Shown here: positions 56,258-64,000 of the stretch, one piece after another
Layout: every line of letters starts with the position of its first letter
Position numbering within the stretch: position 1 is the first letter of the stretch
From: Candidatus Micrarchaeota archaeon
GTDB taxonomy: Archaea > Micrarchaeota > Micrarchaeia > Micrarchaeales > CABMGC01
NCBI GenBank assembly: GCA_021850625.1
Contig: JAJZLJ010000027.1
Span: forward strand, 23,389 to 87,388
Reading direction: 5' to 3'
DNA length: 64,000 bases
Position numbers and translations under genes: made by a program
Notes under the pieces: generated by a model
What the model was told of the DNA's origin: nothing
Databases searched by the model: none
What the model saw: only the letters and a program-made list of their open reading frames with translations

Positions 56258-56596
56258 ATGGATCAGGAATGTATTATAATAACAAAATCAATACTGCCAG
56301 CAGTAAGGGCATCTATAGCGCGTATAATGAAGGATAAATACGGCTGGAGTCAGGAACGCATAGCGGAAAAATTAGGAGTTGTACAGGTTGCTGTTAGCAA
56401 GTATATTAATAAAAAGTATTCAAAAGAGGTAGCGGCTATAAGCAGATATATAGATGAAAAGGGCATCGGAAAGGAACTAGTTGCTCAGATAATTCAAGGA
56501 AAAAGCAAAACAAGCATTAATAATGAGATAGATAATATCTGTGCAGAAATAATGATTACTGGTGTTATAAATGGTAGAAGAACTGGATCCGTTTAA
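56258..56596 (+). CDS. HTH-domain putative transcriptional regulator
   Basis: The HTH motif is SQERIAEKLGVVQVAVSKYINKK. Confidence 0.55.
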   Translation: MDQECIIITKSILPAVRASIARIMKDKYGWSQERIAEKLGVVQVAVSKYINKKYSKEVAAISRYIDEKGIGKELVAQIIQGKSKTSINNEIDNICAEIMITGVINGRRTGSV

Positions 56597-57836
56597 AATA
56601 AGTCAAGAGCAGCTAGATAAAGCTGCCGGGATTATGAAGCTTGATAAAGAGGCACACATGATACTAAGAGAGCCTATGCGAACATTAACAGTAAATATAC
56701 CGGTAAAAATGAGGGATGGAAAAACTCAGATGTTCAAGGGCTTTAGAGTTCAGTACAACACCGCTAGAGGTCCTGGAAAGGGAGGAATACGCTATCATCC
56801 TAAAGAAACAATAGAAACTGTAAAGGCCCTTTCTGCATGGATGACATGGAAGTGTTCTCTTGCCAATATACCATATGGTGGAGCGAAGGGCGGAGTTATA
56901 TGCGATACTAAAACAATGAATGATATGGAACTTGAAAATCTTTCTCGTGGATATATACGTGCCTTGAAGGATTTTATAGGACCAAAAATTGACATACCTG
57001 CACCTGATGTGTACACCAATGCACAGACAATGGCATGGATGATGGATGAGTATAGCAATATAGTCGGACATAATGAGTTTGGAGTTATAACTGGAAAACC
57101 TTTAGAGATAGGAGGCTCTGAAGGAAGATTTGATTCTACTGCCATGGGAGGAATGTATGTTTTAAGGGAAGCTGCTAAACTCAAAAAGATAAATTTAAGC
57201 AAAGCCAGAATAGCAATACAAGGCTTTGGAAATGCAGGAAACTTTGCCTTTGATCTTTCTAAAAAATTATTTGGCTCTAAGATAGTAGCTATAAGCGACT
57301 CTGAAGGCGGAATATATTCTGAAAAGGGATTGGATTACGAAAAATTAAAGGAAGCTAAGCAAAAAACAGGAAGCGTAGATGGATATAAAGGTGCTGAAAA
57401 AATAACCAATAAAGAGCTTCTTGAGCTAGATGTTGATGTACTAATACCTTCGGCAATTGAAAACCAGATAACACAAAATAATGCAGATAAAGTAAATACT
57501 AAGATTCTTCTTGAACTGGCAAACGGACCTGTAACGCCAGCCGCAGATGAGATACTTTTCAATAATGATGTTTTGGATCTGCCCGATTTTCTCGTAAACT
57601 CTGGAGGAGTAATAGTTTCTTATTTTGAATGGGTTCAAAACCTACAAAGCTTTTATTGGACAGAGGAAGACGTTTATCGCAGATTAGATACAATAATAAC
57701 AAAATCATTTAATGATGTAATAAAAACACAAAAAGAATACAAATCAAATGGAAGAAGCATAAGTCCACGTATGGCAGCGTATATAATTGCAGTAGGACGA
57801 GTAGCCGCAGCAATGAAAATACGCGGATGGTATTAA
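56571..57836 (+). CDS. gdhA: Glutamate dehydrogenase
   Basis: ARGPGKGGIRYHP, PYGGAKGG and the Rossmann motif QGFGNAGN are present. Confidence 0.9.
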   Translation: MVEELDPFKISQEQLDKAAGIMKLDKEAHMILREPMRTLTVNIPVKMRDGKTQMFKGFRVQYNTARGPGKGGIRYHPKETIETVKALSAWMTWKCSLANIPYGGAKGGVICDTKTMNDMELENLSRGYIRALKDFIGPKIDIPAPDVYTNAQTMAWMMDEYSNIVGHNEFGVITGKPLEIGGSEGRFDSTAMGGMYVLREAAKLKKINLSKARIAIQGFGNAGNFAFDLSKKLFGSKIVAISDSEGGIYSEKGLDYEKLKEAKQKTGSVDGYKGAEKITNKELLELDVDVLIPSAIENQITQNNADKVNTKILLELANGPVTPAADEILFNNDVLDLPDFLVNSGGVIVSYFEWVQNLQSFYWTEEDVYRRLDTIITKSFNDVIKTQKEYKSNGRSISPRMAAYIIAVGRVAAAMKIRGWY

Positions 57837-57972
57837 AGATAGGATATTTTTCTATAACCTAAGTCTTTAGTAAAATATAAATATCTAATTAGACAAACAA
57901 TAGAGCGGCAATTTACCTAATTATTACACACATAATTTAGTGATAAGCATCAGCATTAGCCATAAATAAGGT

Positions 57973-58848
57973 ATGTATATGAGTAATCAACAAAAACATC
58001 TTGAACATAAGAAGAAAGAGTTAGAGATACAGAAAACCATTAGAAATATTTGGTCTGTTCTTCAAAGAAAGGATAACGCTTCACCTGTTGAAGAGGACGG
58101 AGATATTTATAATCAGCTTAAGAATGCAAGTGCAGCGCTAGTTAGCCATTTTAAAACAGTTAGCGAAGAAATTAGAAGGGATAGATATGGAACAGCTAGA
58201 GATGCAATACCAATAGATAAAAAACTTCTTGGAGCCGTAATAAGCGGCGATATTGCACTTGCAAAAAAAAGTATTGAGGAAGGCGCTGATATTAATGCTC
58301 TTTGTGAAAAAGAGGACATAGGATCTAAGAAAATTGAACCTATGATTTTTATAGCTTTAGAAAATTATAAAAAAAGAAATAAAAAAATAGGATTTGGGCT
58401 TTTTGAGATGTTAGTCGAGAATGGTCTTAATACAAATGTAACGGATGAACAAGGATCTCCATTAATAAATAACGTTATACATGAGCAATATGAAACCGCA
58501 TTTGTGAAGCTTATTGTGGAAAAAGGCAATGCAAGAATTGATGTTTCAGATGAATTTGGTCAGACACCGTTGATAATTGCAAGTTATAAAGCAAGTAAGA
58601 ATACCGTTATTTATTTGATTGATAGTGGAGCCGATCTTAATACGAGAGATTATTATGAAATGACAGCAGTTCTACATGCCGTAGAGAATAACAATATAGA
58701 TATTATTAAGTATCTTGCTTCTGTTGGAGCAGAACTTGATGATGAAGAAAAATTTAATGAATTTTTGATACCTATGCTAACAGTTCATGATGAGACCATA
58801 GAACAGTATTTAGAGTTATTAACAGATAAAAACAAAAAAAATAAATAA
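57973..58848 (+). CDS. Ankyrin-repeat protein
   Basis: There are at least 4 ANK-like repeats (GADINAL, GLNTNVTDEQGSPLIN, DEFGQTPLIIAS, GADLNTRDYYEMTAVLHAVENNNIDIIKYLASVGAEL). Confidence 0.75.
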   Translation: MYMSNQQKHLEHKKKELEIQKTIRNIWSVLQRKDNASPVEEDGDIYNQLKNASAALVSHFKTVSEEIRRDRYGTARDAIPIDKKLLGAVISGDIALAKKSIEEGADINALCEKEDIGSKKIEPMIFIALENYKKRNKKIGFGLFEMLVENGLNTNVTDEQGSPLINNVIHEQYETAFVKLIVEKGNARIDVSDEFGQTPLIIASYKASKNTVIYLIDSGADLNTRDYYEMTAVLHAVENNNIDIIKYLASVGAELDDEEKFNEFLIPMLTVHDETIEQYLELLTDKNKKNK

Positions 58849-58906
58849 TAGTAAAGGTATAACATTATTGAACTTGGGATAAGTTAAATAGTAATATTGG
58901 GAGGAT

Positions 58907-59425
58907 ATGCAAAAACAAAGTATAGTTTTACGTAGTATTAACAATGTAAAGGAAGATAAAAAGGTGGATAAAGAGTTAGAAAGTAGAGTAAATAAACTCC
59001 TTAAAGAAATAGGAATGCGTTCTTATGCAATTTATTTACTGACTGAAGAATCTAAAACCCCTATCTTATTCGAAGCAATACAAAAAAAATTTAAAGAAAC
59101 AGAGGTAGTTTTGCTAAAAGCATTTGTTGCTGCAGACACTGATTTTCCTAATGAATGGAAATCTGAAGAAGAATCATTTTCGTTTAAAAAATTAGAACGT
59201 GGCAATGAAAATAGGATAAATATTGAAGATAGAATGCGATCTGAGTATCTACCGTATATAGATGTATCTGAAAATATATTAAAAGATGGGAGAGAAATAT
59301 TAAAAGTTATAGAAAGAATTAAGAACAAAAAAGTTTTAAGAGGATTGTCAGGTGACATATTTAAAATTGCATTTAACATGAAGACTTTTTCAGATAATTT
59401 AAAAATTGAAGAAGAAACAGAGTAG
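58907..59425 (+). CDS. Hypothetical protein
   Basis: The 172-aa ORF has no recognised motif. Confidence 0.35.
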   Translation: MQKQSIVLRSINNVKEDKKVDKELESRVNKLLKEIGMRSYAIYLLTEESKTPILFEAIQKKFKETEVVLLKAFVAADTDFPNEWKSEEESFSFKKLERGNENRINIEDRMRSEYLPYIDVSENILKDGREILKVIERIKNKKVLRGLSGDIFKIAFNMKTFSDNLKIEEETE

Positions 59426-59469
59426 ATAAAGTAATAATAATGAATAGAGTATACTATATGTTTAACTTT

Positions 59470-59544
59470 GGGCATGTGGCGTAACTTAGATAGCTCATCT
59501 TGCTTCGGACCAGAGGGTTACTGATTCAAATCCCGTCATGCTCG
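59470..59544 (+). tRNA. tRNA-like element (degenerate or atypical tRNA-Arg UCG?)
   Basis: The acceptor (GGGCAUG/CAUGCUC) and T loop (UUCAAAU) are good, and the anticodon loop is CUUCGGA. Several features are atypical: the D arm lacks GG and a regular stem, there are 2 extra nt at the position-26 junction, the anticodon stem has one mismatch and the T stem has two. Confidence 0.35.
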
Positions 59545-59656
59545 CTATTATAAAATAATATTTGTAAAAATATAGATTCTACATTTAGGAAAAAATTAAC
59601 TTCTAAAGTACCTCAAATTTAATTTAGGAAAAATAAATAACCTCAAAAATACTAAA

Positions 59657-61096
59657 TTATATACAGCAACTTGTATCTTTGATATTTCTAAAGAAAGACT
59701 GAGCAACTATTTTTAATGACTCTGACATAGTTGGGAATACGTGTACTGTATCTATTACGTCCTCTATTGTATATTTATTTTTTAATATCATTACGGCCTC
59801 ATTTATAATTTCTGCTGCCATTGGAGAAAGTATCTGCACACCAAGAATAATATGGGTTTTGGGATGTGCAACCATCTTTATCATACCTCTTGTATTGCCC
59901 ATTATAATAGCTTTCGGCACATCTGTAAATTTAATCACTCTACACGTACAAACATTAAACTTTTCAATTACCTCTTTTTCTGTTATGCCAACACTTGCAA
60001 ACTGAGGATCCGTAAATATAGCTTTTGGTATAATATCCTTATTTATTTTTTTATGGAAGCCCAAAAGTGCATTCTCTGCGGCATATGTGCCCTCCCTAGC
60101 TGCTAAAGATTCTAGCATAGGCTCTCCAGTTACATCACCTGCAGCAAATATATTTGGATTATTTGTTTTCATTTCAGAATTAGTTATTATCTCTCCCTTA
60201 GCGCCAAGTTTAATTTTAGCATTTTCGATATTTAATGAATTTGTATTTGGAGTTCTTCCTGTAGCAAATAGAATTGATGTTGCTTGAAACACAGTGGGTT
60301 TACCATTAACCTCAGCATTTACAATAACTTGATTGTTTTTAGCATTTTTTTCAAAGCTTTTAAGGGCAACATTTGTATGTATTATTATCCCATCTTCTTC
60401 TAGATAAGATTTAAGAGCATTTGACATTTCCGGTTCAGCTTCTGGGATAAGTAATGGATTTCTTTGTAAAAGAGTTATTTTAGTTCCAAATCTATTATAG
60501 ATCTGTGCAAATTCTAAACCCAGAGCACGACCACCAATAACTATAAGTGATTCTGGAATCTCTTTTTGCTCAAGTCCTTCTATATTTGTCCAGTAGTTTA
60601 TATCTTCTACTCCTTGTATTTTAGGTATTGATGGGCTAGCGCCAGTTGCAATAATAAATTTTTTACCTAAAATAACAGTTTTACTTTTATTATTATGTTT
60701 AACTTTTATCTCTTTTTCAGAGATAAAGCTAGCCATTCCCTCATACAACTCTACGTTTTTCAGCTTGCTTAAAACATTTTCATATTTTTCATACCTTAGA
60801 TTTTCTACAAGCTTCTTTTTATGCTCCATTATCTTAGAGAAATTGAATTTTTCGTCATGTTGCACTACAGTATTTTTTCCTAAATTATGATTTCTTGTAT
60901 TTCTTATAATTTCTCCGCTAACAAGAAGCCTTTTACTTGGAACACAGCCAACATTAACACATGTTCCGCCTATAGTACCTCCTTTTATTATAGCGGTTTT
61001 CTTACCGAGTTCATCTGCCGTTATAGCTGCAGCAAAAGCTGCTGCTCCATTACCTAATATAACCAATTCATATTCTGTATTTTTTCTTTTTGGCAT
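59657..61096 (-). CDS. merA: Mercuric reductase (MerA core, no NmerA domain)
   Basis: It has the class I pyridine-nucleotide disulfide oxidoreductase fold with GGTCVNVGCVPSK. The C-terminus ends in the MerA-type vicinal Cys pair (KDTSCCI). Confidence 0.7.
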   Translation of the reverse strand: MPKRKNTEYELVILGNGAAAFAAAITADELGKKTAIIKGGTIGGTCVNVGCVPSKRLLVSGEIIRNTRNHNLGKNTVVQHDEKFNFSKIMEHKKKLVENLRYEKYENVLSKLKNVELYEGMASFISEKEIKVKHNNKSKTVILGKKFIIATGASPSIPKIQGVEDINYWTNIEGLEQKEIPESLIVIGGRALGLEFAQIYNRFGTKITLLQRNPLLIPEAEPEMSNALKSYLEEDGIIIHTNVALKSFEKNAKNNQVIVNAEVNGKPTVFQATSILFATGRTPNTNSLNIENAKIKLGAKGEIITNSEMKTNNPNIFAAGDVTGEPMLESLAAREGTYAAENALLGFHKKINKDIIPKAIFTDPQFASVGITEKEVIEKFNVCTCRVIKFTDVPKAIIMGNTRGMIKMVAHPKTHIILGVQILSPMAAEIINEAVMILKNKYTIEDVIDTVHVFPTMSESLKIVAQSFFRNIKDTSCCI

Positions 61097-61202
61097 TATA
61101 TCAACATTTACATAATATTATTTAAGTAATTTTAAACTGTCTTTAGATTAAAATCAATTTTTCAAATTTTTCATAAATTCCAATAATAGTATGTGACAGA
61201 AA

Positions 61203-61212
61203 TATATATAAA
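61203..61212 (+). promoter_or_regulatory. TATA-like box upstream of the arsR-type gene
   Basis: TATATATAAA lies 24-33 nt upstream of the ATG at 61236. Confidence 0.3.
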
Positions 61213-61216
61213 TCTT

Positions 61217-61238
61217 CATATGTAAATATTAACATATG
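61217..61238. promoter_or_regulatory. Inverted repeat overlapping the regulator start codon (candidate operator)
   Basis: CATATGT-AAATATTA-ACATATG has perfect 7-bp arms. The right arm contains the ATG. Confidence 0.3.
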
Positions 61239-61580
61239 AACAGTTCAGATAATGTGCTTGTTTTCAAGGCACTTGCAAACTCCGTGAGACTTAAAATTAT
61301 CGATACATTATTAGATGGACCGAAAAATGTCGAATCAATTTGTATTAAAGTAGGTGAAACACAATCAAGAGTATCGCATGAGCTTTTCTGTTTGAGAAAC
61401 TGCGGTTTTGTAAAACCGAATAGGAATGGAAAGATGATAATATACGAATTAAATAAGGCTTCTGTCATACCACTTTTAGACGCTGCAGAAAAACATTCGT
61501 TGATATTTTGCAAAGAGTTAAAGAATTGCAACATTCTTTCAGAGATAAAGGAAAATGTTCAAAGCATTTATAATAAATAA
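61236..61580 (+). CDS. ArsR/SmtB-family metalloregulator
   Basis: The wHTH is FKALANSVRLKIIDTLLDGPKNVESICIKVGETQSRVSHELFCLRNCGFV. It has Cys residues at CLRNC and two further Cys residues (CKELKNC) near the C-terminus. Confidence 0.75.
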   Translation: MNSSDNVLVFKALANSVRLKIIDTLLDGPKNVESICIKVGETQSRVSHELFCLRNCGFVKPNRNGKMIIYELNKASVIPLLDAAEKHSLIFCKELKNCNILSEIKENVQSIYNK

Positions 61581-61589
61581 GGCAATTAT

Positions 61590-62312
61590 ATGTCGAGTAA
61601 ATGTAAATTTTGTAATAAAAAAATGGAGTCAGATTCCGGACTTCTAATGCATTTTAATGAAAAGCATAAATCAGAAAAAGGTAATTTAAATATCAATGAA
61701 ATAAAGAAATCCAGCATAAGTTCACGAACCTTGTTAATAATAATAAGTATTATGGCATGTTGTGGTGTTCCTCTTATAATAATAACCTTGAGCAGTATTG
61801 GTATTTTTGGTTTCTTGGGATCACAAACAACCGGTTTTCAATCAACATATAAAATAACAAATGTTACGGTAGGTGAAGTAGCTCCCAACATTCCTATAAC
61901 ACTAACAAATGGTACTAGTATAACTCTTGATAACCTTAGAGGGCGTCCGGTAGTGTTGTGGTTTATAACTACGTGGTGCCCATCATGTCAAGATAGTGAA
62001 AGTATTTTAGCGTATGATGGATACCTCAAGCAGTTATATGCAAAGGGAGCAGTTCTTGTAACTGTAGAACTTTATAACGATTTAGGTAATAATGGGCCAT
62101 CTATCTCTAATTTTGCATCTCAATATGGTGGAAACTTAGTACAGAACAAAAGTTGGCTGTTATATGGAACATCAAGTCTCAATGCAACCTATTCATATGA
62201 TCCAAAGGAGTACTTAGAAATATACTATGTAATAAACTCTAATGGAATTATAACAAACACTTCATACACCGGACTTGTAAATAACATAAATAGTGTTTTA
62301 CAAGAAGTATAG
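61590..62312 (+). CDS. C2H2 zinc finger, vicinal-Cys TM helix and thioredoxin-like (CxxC) ectodomain protein
   Basis: The zinc finger is CKFCNKKMESDSGLLMHFNEKH. The TM helix is IISIMACCGVPLIII. The TlpA/ResA-like motif is RGRPVVLWFITTWCPSCQ. Confidence 0.55.
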   Translation: MSSKCKFCNKKMESDSGLLMHFNEKHKSEKGNLNINEIKKSSISSRTLLIIISIMACCGVPLIIITLSSIGIFGFLGSQTTGFQSTYKITNVTVGEVAPNIPITLTNGTSITLDNLRGRPVVLWFITTWCPSCQDSESILAYDGYLKQLYAKGAVLVTVELYNDLGNNGPSISNFASQYGGNLVQNKSWLLYGTSSLNATYSYDPKEYLEIYYVINSNGIITNTSYTGLVNNINSVLQEV

Positions 62313-62354
62313 ATACATTAATTTGAATATTTTTAGCTTAAAAAATTTGATATT

Positions 62355-62867
62355 ATGTCTTTATTGAAATATGAACGTATTGTAATGCAGACATTACTTA
62401 AAAATAGACATTATACTTTCCTGTTAGTTGTATTATCGGCAATATTTACTGTAATTTACCTTGTTCTTCTTCCATCCCTTCCAAATGGAACTATAAATCC
62501 AATATTTATAGAATTTATTACACCACTACAAATAATCTTCTCATTTGTATTTGGAATTATGATAAGTATAATGATAACAATTAATTTATACGCTAGAAAA
62601 TTAAAAATACACACATCAAAAAGCGGGACTGTTGCAGGAGTACTTGTTGGTACATTAGTTAACGCTTTATGCTGTACTCCGATAATACCGTCTATTTTAG
62701 CAGTTTTAGGTGCATCTACACCTGTTTTATTTGCATATTCGCCACATATACAGGCTTTCTTCGAACAACGCTATCCTTACTTTTATCTTCTATCTTTTTT
62801 TATTTTCCTTGCTGCTTTCCATTATACCGCTAAAAATATCTCCTGTTGTAAAAAGGTTAAAACATGA
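62355..62867 (+). CDS. Four-TM membrane protein with two vicinal Cys pairs (candidate metal-ion transporter)
   Basis: One CC pair lies in a TM helix (LVNALCCTPIIPSILAVLG). A second CC pair lies in the C-terminal tail (NISCCKKVKT). Confidence 0.5.
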   Translation: MSLLKYERIVMQTLLKNRHYTFLLVVLSAIFTVIYLVLLPSLPNGTINPIFIEFITPLQIIFSFVFGIMISIMITINLYARKLKIHTSKSGTVAGVLVGTLVNALCCTPIIPSILAVLGASTPVLFAYSPHIQAFFEQRYPYFYLLSFFIFLAAFHYTAKNISCCKKVKT

Positions 62868-63399
62868 AGAAAATGTTGCTATTTTTGTAGCTATTCTTAT
62901 AATACTCGCATTTGTATTATTTGACAAAACAACGCTTCAGATACATCAGAATAATCTAGGGACTAATATTGGCCAAGTTGCACCTAATATACCTATAAAA
63001 CTAGTAAATGGCACCAATGTTACTTTAAACGAATTTCGTGGTAGACCTGTGGTTCTTTGGTTTATAACAACCGGATGTTCATCTTGTTCACAGAGTTCAC
63101 AATTATTAAAATCACAGTATTATAATCAGATACATTCCAAAGGTGCCGTCATACTTACAGTAAATCTTTATGATAATTTAGGGACTGATGGTTTTTCTTT
63201 GAAATTTTTTGCTAATAGTTATGGTTATGGTTTAAACAAAACAGGTTGGATATATGGGACAACGACTCAGAATGCAAGCTACGAGTATGATCCAAATGCA
63301 TATTTAGATATCTATTATGTTATAAATTCAAATGGAACCATAATCAATGAAGGTAGTCCGTTATCAACTAATCTTAATAGTGTAGTTTCTTCGTTATAG
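62710..63399 (+). CDS. Membrane-anchored thioredoxin-like protein (paralogue of the 61590 ectodomain); start uncertain
   Basis: RGRPVVLWFITTGCSSCSQ is present, and the ectodomain aligns with the 61590 product over its whole length. The only ATG (62710) overlaps the upstream gene by 158 nt. TTG 62809 is an alternative start. Confidence 0.5.
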   Translation: MHLHLFYLHIRHIYRLSSNNAILTFIFYLFLFSLLLSIIPLKISPVVKRLKHEENVAIFVAILIILAFVLFDKTTLQIHQNNLGTNIGQVAPNIPIKLVNGTNVTLNEFRGRPVVLWFITTGCSSCSQSSQLLKSQYYNQIHSKGAVILTVNLYDNLGTDGFSLKFFANSYGYGLNKTGWIYGTTTQNASYEYDPNAYLDIYYVINSNGTIINEGSPLSTNLNSVVSSL

Positions 63400-63714
63400 T
63401 TACTTTCTATAAATTTTTTATTAAGTATGGATTAAATGAAGTCTGATTAAAATAAGTAGACGGTAAGTTATTTTGATTTTTTAAATAAATCTTCAAGCTC
63501 TGTCGCTATTTTAAATATGTGCTTTCCTTTTTTGTTGTCTTATAGCCTATTATTCTCTTAACCTAGATTCACAGAGGTTGGTTTATTATGGACTAATATT
63601 AAAAGTACATAACAAGGAATAATTAATATTTGTTCATATCTAAAATTTAGTTGGGCGTTTTGGAGTATTAGTGGGGTGCAAAATGTCCGTCCTATATACA
63701 ACCAGTTAAAAACT

Positions 63715-63787
63715 TGGGGAGTCCGAGATTTGAACTCGGGTCGTCAGGTCCCAAACCTGAAAGCCTACCAAGCTAGCCTAACTCCCC
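63715..63787 (-). tRNA. tRNA-Pro (UGG)
   Basis: The acceptor is GGGGAGU/ACUCCCC. The anticodon arm is UCAGG-UUUGGGA-CCUGA and the T arm is CCGAG-UUCAAAU-CUCGG. The D stem has two G-U pairs. Confidence 0.85.
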
Positions 63788-63851
63788 GAAATAAAAAAAT
63801 AAATAATAAATAAACAAATAAAAACCAAAAAACAAATATAAATAAAATAAA

Positions 63852-64000
63852 TTATTCTTTTGGTTTCCTTCCTCTTGGCTTAGGCACCTTTAAGGAAGGG
63901 TATATTTTTGAAAGCATCTCTTGATTCACATCAAAATCGAGGTTTAAAAGTTGTGCTATTTTTCTGAATAAATAAGTTTTTGCTATACTTTCATGTTCTA
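63852..64000 (-). CDS. 3' end of an unidentified CDS that runs off the window
   Basis: Hand translation gives ...EHESIAKTYLFRKIAQLLNLDFDVNQEMLSKIYPSLKVPKPRGRKPKE-stop. The tail is basic and AT-hook-like. Confidence 0.3.
   Translation of the reverse strand, partial: EHESIAKTYLFRKIAQLLNLDFDVNQEMLSKIYPSLKVPKPRGRKPKE

Noticed and set aside
63400-63714. A gap of about 300 nt downstream of the thioredoxin-like genes, examined for a missed gene, integrase remnant or RNA gene.
   Set aside because: All frames are broken by stops within about 25 codons. The longest readable piece (…DNKKGKHIFKIATELEDLFKKSK) has no start codon. I recognised no convincing RNA structure.

Overview
The window is very AT-rich, gene-dense archaeal chromosome. 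Archaeal markers include r-proteins L15e and S26e, aIF1/SUI1, PriS primase, Hjc, short XPF, Pth2, prefoldin beta, an archaeal-type ThrRS, and tRNAs with bulge-helix-bulge introns. The thermopsin-like protein, MerA, fragmented r-protein operons and multi-intron tRNAs suggest a small-genome, possibly acidophilic, DPANN-like archaeon. That taxonomic guess is inference only.

Contents:
- About 75 CDSs.
- Four clear tRNAs: Lys-UUU, Pro-UGG, Ser-GGA with two introns, and Leu-UAA with a D-loop intron. There is also one degenerate tRNA-like element.
- A partial S10-type r-protein cluster (L3-L4-L23-L2-S19-L22-S3 / L29-SUI1) and an S13-S4-S11 cluster.
- Housekeeping genes: thrS, lysS, gdhA, apt, uppS, nth, priS, pth2 and pfdB.
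- Several very large secreted or pilin-like surface proteins.
- I did not recognise any rRNA, CRISPR array, transposase or integrase.

Most interesting loci:
1. 1917-9109: a nine-gene, translationally coupled operon that reads like a minimal type-IV-secretion/Ced-like translocon. It has a VirB2-like protein, a VirB6-like protein, a split VirB3/VirB4 and a second large HerA-class ATPase. It sits between hjc and xpf.
2. 59657-63399: a non-canonical mercury-resistance-like locus. It has merA, an arsR-type regulator, and three membrane proteins carrying vicinal-Cys or CxxC-thioredoxin motifs instead of merT/merP.
3. 13975-17651: an operon of RHH regulator, small ORF, CysD-like, CysN-like GTPase and a glycosyltransferase. 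The RHH protein carries the same C-terminal peptide as the CysD-like enzyme.
4. tRNA-Ser and tRNA-Leu with non-canonical introns whose BHB motifs can be drawn by hand.
5. A roughly 50-nt intergenic element present in four copies.

All functional calls come from motif recognition in the supplied translations. No database search was run.
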